Virus record (IMG/VR): IMGVR_UViG_3300043434_000674
DNA from: an uncultured virus (IMG/VR IMGVR_UViG_3300043434_000674)
Lineage: Duplodnaviria; Heunggongvirae; Uroviricota; Caudoviricetes
Reading direction: 5' to 3' (one strand)
Length of the DNA stretch: 20,000 bases
A model generated the notes under the pieces. That model was not told the origin of the DNA. It was given only the letters and a program-made list of their open reading frames with translations, and did not search any database. Position numbers and translations under genes: made by a program. Below, piece after piece: positions 16,325-20,000 of the stretch; the first letter of the stretch is position 1; each line of letters begins with the position of its first letter.

Positions 16325-16591
16325 ATGGCAAAGACCGTTCAAATTAAAGAAGAAGAAGTAAAGACTAAAGTTGCAAAGAGAGTGCCACCGGGAGATAAGT
16401 GGCACCCTCTTGACAACACTACACTTTTATTAGAATCTCTTACTGAAGTATTAGAATACGTTTATCAGAAAACTGGTAAAACACAATTCTTTATGGATGC
16501 TAGAGAAGGTTATGTATATGTGGTTGATACTGAAGAAGTATTGGTAGAACCAGAACCTGAAAAGAAGTGGAGTTTATATGGCGAAGATTAG
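16325..16591 (+). CDS. Hypothetical protein
   Basis: ORF directly follows the DUF4494 gene; ATG 16325 preferred over TTG 16316. Confidence 0.6.
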   Translation: MAKTVQIKEEEVKTKVAKRVPPGDKWHPLDNTTLLLESLTEVLEYVYQKTGKTQFFMDAREGYVYVVDTEEVLVEPEPEKKWSLYGED

Positions 16592-16611
16592 AAAAATAGC
16601 ATATTCAATAT

Positions 16612-16619
16612 TATTTATA
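16612..16619 (+). promoter_or_regulatory. Putative late-promoter motif TATTTATA
   Basis: 6 nt upstream of the small-ORF ATG at 16626. Confidence 0.4.
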
Positions 16620-16625
16620 TACGCT

Positions 16626-16712
16626 ATGAATTTTCCTGCATCTCGATTAATAATAGAGATGAAATCCATAAATGATTCAGAGGATTCTGATGATATTCAT
16701 CTTTTTATTTAA
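16626..16712 (+). CDS. Possible 28-aa peptide MNFPASRLIIEMKSINDSEDSDDIHLFI
   Basis: Not in the ORF track. Fills the gap between two TATTTATA motifs. Confidence 0.4.
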   Translation: MNFPASRLIIEMKSINDSEDSDDIHLFI

Positions 16713-16720
16713 CGGAACAA

Positions 16721-16728
16721 TATTTATA
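16721..16728 (+). promoter_or_regulatory. Putative late-promoter motif TATTTATA
   Basis: 28 nt upstream of the ATG at 16757. Confidence 0.5.
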
Positions 16729-16756
16729 CTAAATTAATTAACAAAACCAAAAAATT

Positions 16757-17014
16757 ATGGGATTATTTGCATTTATTAAAAGTCTTTTTGTAAAGGCTGA
16801 ACAAATTGAAGAAGCGGTAGAAACATTTGTAGAACAAGTAGAAGAAATTGTACCTGAAGCTAAGAAAGTAACAACTAAGGCTAAAGCCGGAATTGCTAAA
16901 GCTAAAAAAGCAACTAAACAAGCAGAAACAATCGTTACTGAAAATGAAGCTGCTATTAACGTTGCAGAAGCAGTTGTTAAATCTGTTAAGAGTAAAAAAA
17001 CTACAAAGAAGTAA
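16757..17014 (+). CDS. Small Ala/Lys/Glu-rich protein with amphipathic N-terminus
   Basis: MGLFAFIKSLF followed by acidic and then basic low-complexity helices. Confidence 0.6.
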   Translation: MGLFAFIKSLFVKAEQIEEAVETFVEQVEEIVPEAKKVTTKAKAGIAKAKKATKQAETIVTENEAAINVAEAVVKSVKSKKTTKK

Positions 17015-17037
17015 TCACTTCAAAAACGGAGAATAAA

Positions 17038-17856
17038 TTGAATCAGAAGAAAACCCTTACTGAAGCTAAAATTGAAAAATCTATGCTTGATTTGGAAACA
17101 GAAATGTTTTCAATTAAAGAATCTATATTAGAACAACTAATATTAGAAGGTGTAGATGACCCTGGTATCCTAAAATGTGTATTTTTAGCAGGAGGACCGG
17201 GTAGTGGTAAATCATTTACTGCAAAGGAAATTTTTGGTGTAGGTAAATCATTCACATCATCATTCTCATCATACGGATTAAAATTAGTTAATTCAGATAC
17301 TGCTTTCGAAGCTGAACTTAAAAAAAATGGAATCAATCCAAAAGATTTAGGTAAGATTGAAAAAGAAGACCCAGCATTATGGGATATGATTACTAAGAAT
17401 CCTAATGGTATTAGAGATAGAGCAAAGAAAATCACTCAACAACAGCAATCATTTTATGAGGCAGGTAGATTGGGATTGATTATCGATGGAACTGGTGATG
17501 AATATACAAAGATTAAAAAGAAAAAAGACCATGCTGAAAGTTTAGGATACGATTGTTATATGGTATTCGTAAACACATCATTGGAGGTTGCACAAGAAAG
17601 AAACGCGAAGAGAGATAGAACTCTTCCCGAATCATTGGTTTCAGATATATGGAAGGCTTGTCAAGAAAATTTAGGAAAATTCCACAATTTATTTGGTGGT
17701 AATTTTGCTATCGTAGATAATACGGTATATAAATCAGTTGATACATCAGTCCAAAAAGCAGTTACTAAATTTATATCAAAACCAATTACAAACAAAATTG
17801 GATTGAAATGGATTGATACTGCAAGAGCTTTAAAGAAAAGTAATATTATCAAATAA
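17038..17856 (+). CDS. P-loop kinase (zeta-toxin-like / AAA_33-like) with N-terminal extension
   Basis: FLAGGPGSGKS Walker A, VNSD, LIIDGT, FVNTSLEVAQERN..R.R lid. TTG start with GGAG; alternative ATGs at 17083 and 17104. Confidence 0.75.
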   Translation: MNQKKTLTEAKIEKSMLDLETEMFSIKESILEQLILEGVDDPGILKCVFLAGGPGSGKSFTAKEIFGVGKSFTSSFSSYGLKLVNSDTAFEAELKKNGINPKDLGKIEKEDPALWDMITKNPNGIRDRAKKITQQQQSFYEAGRLGLIIDGTGDEYTKIKKKKDHAESLGYDCYMVFVNTSLEVAQERNAKRDRTLPESLVSDIWKACQENLGKFHNLFGGNFAIVDNTVYKSVDTSVQKAVTKFISKPITNKIGLKWIDTARALKKSNIIK

Positions 17857-17888
17857 TCAATCAGGAGACTCGATGAGAGTTACGTTAA

Positions 17889-18035
17889 ATGGCAAAAGCT
17901 AAAGGTGGTGCAACTACCTCAACTACACACAAAACAAAACAAGTATCAAGACCAGGTGTTCACGCTAAAACTAAAACATCGGTTCACAAACATAGTAAAA
18001 ACTACAAAAAGGCTTATAGAGGTCAAGGTAGATAA
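17889..18035 (+). CDS. Small basic 48-aa phage protein ending KKAYRGQGR
   Basis: Not in the ORF track. MAKAKGGATTSTTHKTKQVSRPGVHAKTKTSVHKHSKNYKKAYRGQGR; I recall the YRGQG(R/K) ending from many phage small proteins. Confidence 0.75.
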   Translation: MAKAKGGATTSTTHKTKQVSRPGVHAKTKTSVHKHSKNYKKAYRGQGR

Positions 18036-18050
18036 TAATAAAAATTAGTT

Positions 18051-18974
18051 ATGAGGTATAGGAATATTGCTTTTTTCGGTGATTCCTTTACTTGGGGTGA
18101 AGGGTTAGAATTGTATTCATCTAATCAAAAATGGATAACGCAACGTAATCTAAAATCAACTTGGCAAGAAATCCAGCCAATTGAAGATTCGGAATCTATT
18201 TTGTTTAGAGAAACTAACCGATTCCCCTATCTGGTAACTAAACATTTCAAATCAAATTTATCAATTGATCATCAGAATGGTGGATCATTTCGTAGTTTAA
18301 TGGTAAAATTAAATTCTGTATTTAATTCAATCAACAAACCCGAAATCCTCATATATCAATTTTCAGCATTCAATCGAAATGATATATGTTTTGAAGAAGA
18401 TTCTAGTAATTTCAATTGCAAATGTAATATATGTGAAGTTAGTGCTAAGTATGATAAATCCTGGCCAATTACATTCGATGTAATTTATCAAATTATCAAT
18501 CAAATGTATTATGGTAATTTAACAGAATATCAACAACACTTAAAAACTCAATTTTCCATTAAATACAATGTTGATTTTGAATTACCGATTGATGAATTAA
18601 TTGATTCGGTTAAATGCATTGAAATTTCAAAAACAAAAATACATTTAGAATATTTGTTTGATACTTACTTTAAGAAGTTGGAATCCGATGGTGTATCTGT
18701 ATTTTTTATTGATTCTTGGGATAATATGGCTAGAGAATCGTTATTTAAAAATGAGTATTTTTTAGAAAGAGTTATTCCATTAATTGGATATGATGACAAA
18801 TCGTATTCAAAATATTCAGAGTGGGAATCTACGTTTCAGTATAAAAGAATTCTTGATGAATTCCCAAACACACAAAATGCTCATCCAACTTTAATACAAC
18901 ATCAGTATATTGGAAAATCAATAATTGATTTTTTAGAGAAAAAAAACATTAAAAATAAAATTAAGTATATTTAA
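18051..18974 (+). CDS. SGNH/GDSL-like hydrolase-fold protein
   Basis: FFGDSFTWG, NGGS and NAHPTLIQHQYIG motifs. Confidence 0.7.
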   Translation: MRYRNIAFFGDSFTWGEGLELYSSNQKWITQRNLKSTWQEIQPIEDSESILFRETNRFPYLVTKHFKSNLSIDHQNGGSFRSLMVKLNSVFNSINKPEILIYQFSAFNRNDICFEEDSSNFNCKCNICEVSAKYDKSWPITFDVIYQIINQMYYGNLTEYQQHLKTQFSIKYNVDFELPIDELIDSVKCIEISKTKIHLEYLFDTYFKKLESDGVSVFFIDSWDNMARESLFKNEYFLERVIPLIGYDDKSYSKYSEWESTFQYKRILDEFPNTQNAHPTLIQHQYIGKSIIDFLEKKNIKNKIKYI

Positions 18975-19007
18975 TCATATTAAACTAACGAGGATTATAT
19001 TGAATAT

Positions 19008-19169
19008 ATGACAAACTTAACTGAAGAAATCGGCAGAATCTGTAATTTATTAGAGGATGCACACGAAGAACAAAACTGGCAGATAGTAAAAAAAATGATA
19101 GATGCTTTAGATAAAATCTATAATGAATTAGATAGAGCAGATAATGGTTTTATGGATTATGAAGATTAA
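19008..19169 (+). CDS. Hypothetical 53-aa acidic helical protein
   Basis: Not in the ORF track. MTNLTEEIGRICNLLEDAHEEQNWQIVKKMIDALDKIYNELDRADNGFMDYED fills the gap before the cupin. Confidence 0.6.
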   Translation: MTNLTEEIGRICNLLEDAHEEQNWQIVKKMIDALDKIYNELDRADNGFMDYED

Positions 19170-19548
19170 CGTAGATATACGATTACCAAAGAAAGTAGAA
19201 AAGAAGTGGGGTTATGAGTTATGGATACATAATGATGCCGAATATTGTGGTAAATTATTGGTATTTAATAACGAAGGTGATAAGTTCTCAATGCATTATC
19301 ATTTAAAGAAAAAAGAAAGTTGGTTTGTTCAACAAGGTTCATTCAAATTTGATTGGATTGATGTTGAAGATGCTAAACTACAATCTAAAGTAATTGGAGT
19401 TGGTGAATCTGTTTTAATTGAAAGAGGATTGCCACATCAACTAACTGCATTAGAATCCAATTCTACTATATTTGAAGTAAGCACCGAACACTTCGATGAA
19501 GATTCATACCGAATTTATCGTGATACTCCCGATGATTTAAAAAATTAA
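19159..19548 (+). CDS. Cupin (mannose-6-phosphate isomerase / sugar ketol-isomerase-like)
   Basis: VEKKWGYELWI, FSMHYH.KK.ESW, PHQL and FEVST..H..EDSYR motifs. The start is more likely ATG 19159 than 19144. Confidence 0.8.
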   Translation: MKINVDIRLPKKVEKKWGYELWIHNDAEYCGKLLVFNNEGDKFSMHYHLKKKESWFVQQGSFKFDWIDVEDAKLQSKVIGVGESVLIERGLPHQLTALESNSTIFEVSTEHFDEDSYRIYRDTPDDLKN

Positions 19549-19549
19549 C

Positions 19550-19723
19550 ATGACATATATTGTAAAGCATTTAGCGAATATCGAAGATTTGAAAAGAGAA
19601 TTAGAAACTAATCCAGATCATATCAAATATTATGCTAAATACGAAGGGTTCGATGGTTCATCTGAAGCCATTGATTATATAGATGAAAAAATAGAAGAAT
19701 ACATCCTAAACAAATCTAAATGA
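19550..19723 (+). CDS. Hypothetical 57-aa protein
   Basis: Not in the ORF track. MTYIVKHLANIEDLKRELETNPDHIKYYAKYEGFDGSSEAIDYIDEKIEEYILNKSK; ATGA overlap with the next gene. Confidence 0.65.
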   Translation: MTYIVKHLANIEDLKRELETNPDHIKYYAKYEGFDGSSEAIDYIDEKIEEYILNKSK

Positions 19724-20000
19724 TTTATCCATTTTCCATATTGGATACTCGTACTAAGGAATGGAAAGATAGAAAAAATTGGTGGTTACAAACTCATCAA
19801 ATCCAATCTGAACTTGGTAGAGAAGAAACTCAATCTAAAACTATATTTTGGGAATCCGAAACAAACGTATCGGTTTTTGATCCATTCTTATGTGAATTGA
19901 TGTATGATTGGTTTTGTCCGAAAGATGGTAAAATATTAGACCCATTCGCAGGAGGTTCGGTTAGAGGTATTGTTGCCGAAGAATTAGGATTTAATTATAC
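19720..20000 (+). CDS. DNA methyltransferase (N4C/N6A type), 3'-truncated
   Basis: MIYPFSILDTR...W..RK.WW...SELGR...SVFDP.LCELMY.WF...ILDPFAGGSVRGIVA contains the SAM-binding motif I. Confidence 0.85.
   Translation, partial: MIYPFSILDTRTKEWKDRKNWWLQTHQIQSELGREETQSKTIFWESETNVSVFDPFLCELMYDWFCPKDGKILDPFAGGSVRGIVAEELGFNY

Noticed and set aside
3421..17037. Shine-Dalgarno-like AGGA/GGAG before some putative late genes (3434, 6151, 10002, 17038) despite a Bacteroidota-like host
   Set aside because: Too few and inconsistent (absent at 6727, 7055, 10280, 16757) to support a translation-switch claim from this window.
1988..17852. All other minus-strand ORFs in the track (e.g. 1988-2317, 4681-4968, 9776-10105, 17043-17435)
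   Set aside because: They overlap well-supported + strand genes, show no motifs, and the window is uniformly + strand.
17038..17856. Zeta toxin-antitoxin module with upstream 16757-17014 as antitoxin
   Set aside because: Only a generic P-loop kinase pattern is visible, and the upstream protein shows no epsilon/PezA resemblance.
1..20000. tRNA/rRNA genes, introns/inteins, alternative genetic code
   Set aside because: Intergenic gaps are short with no cloverleaf or T-loop motifs, and the enzymes are uninterrupted. Standard-code ORFs tile the window, with TAA, TAG and TGA all used as stops.

Overview
AT-rich, gene-dense 20 kb segment with every credible gene on the + strand. It reads as an accessory/virion-cargo region of a large tailed phage, probably infecting a Bacteroidota host: there are four intergenic TTTG-N20-TAnnTT(T/A)G promoters and a DUF4494-like gene. 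Contents in order: a CsgG-like gene and a secreted linker/beta-barrel protein, SGNH-like proteins (four across the window), a TM+GAF holin-like gene, a HExxH peptidase, a HAD phosphatase, a cysC-like kinase / HxGH nucleotidyltransferase / DUF2061 / amidinotransferase cluster, a degenerate HTH-HNH protein, ferredoxin, a P-loop kinase, a cupin and a partial DNA methyltransferase. The most striking signal is a set of unrelated ORFs (3.4-11.8 kb, plus 17 kb) sharing an M(I)KLxD(I/L)LxE-type leader. Some are also built from unrelated 50-130 aa modules joined by an ESVNE-type linker that is conserved as DNA (GAATCAGTAAACGAA), and many sit behind a TATTTATA motif. By analogy to T4 internal proteins, I infer a capsid-targeted, protease-processed, possibly shufflable polyprotein cargo system. 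Family assignments come from motif recognition by eye; no searches were run.
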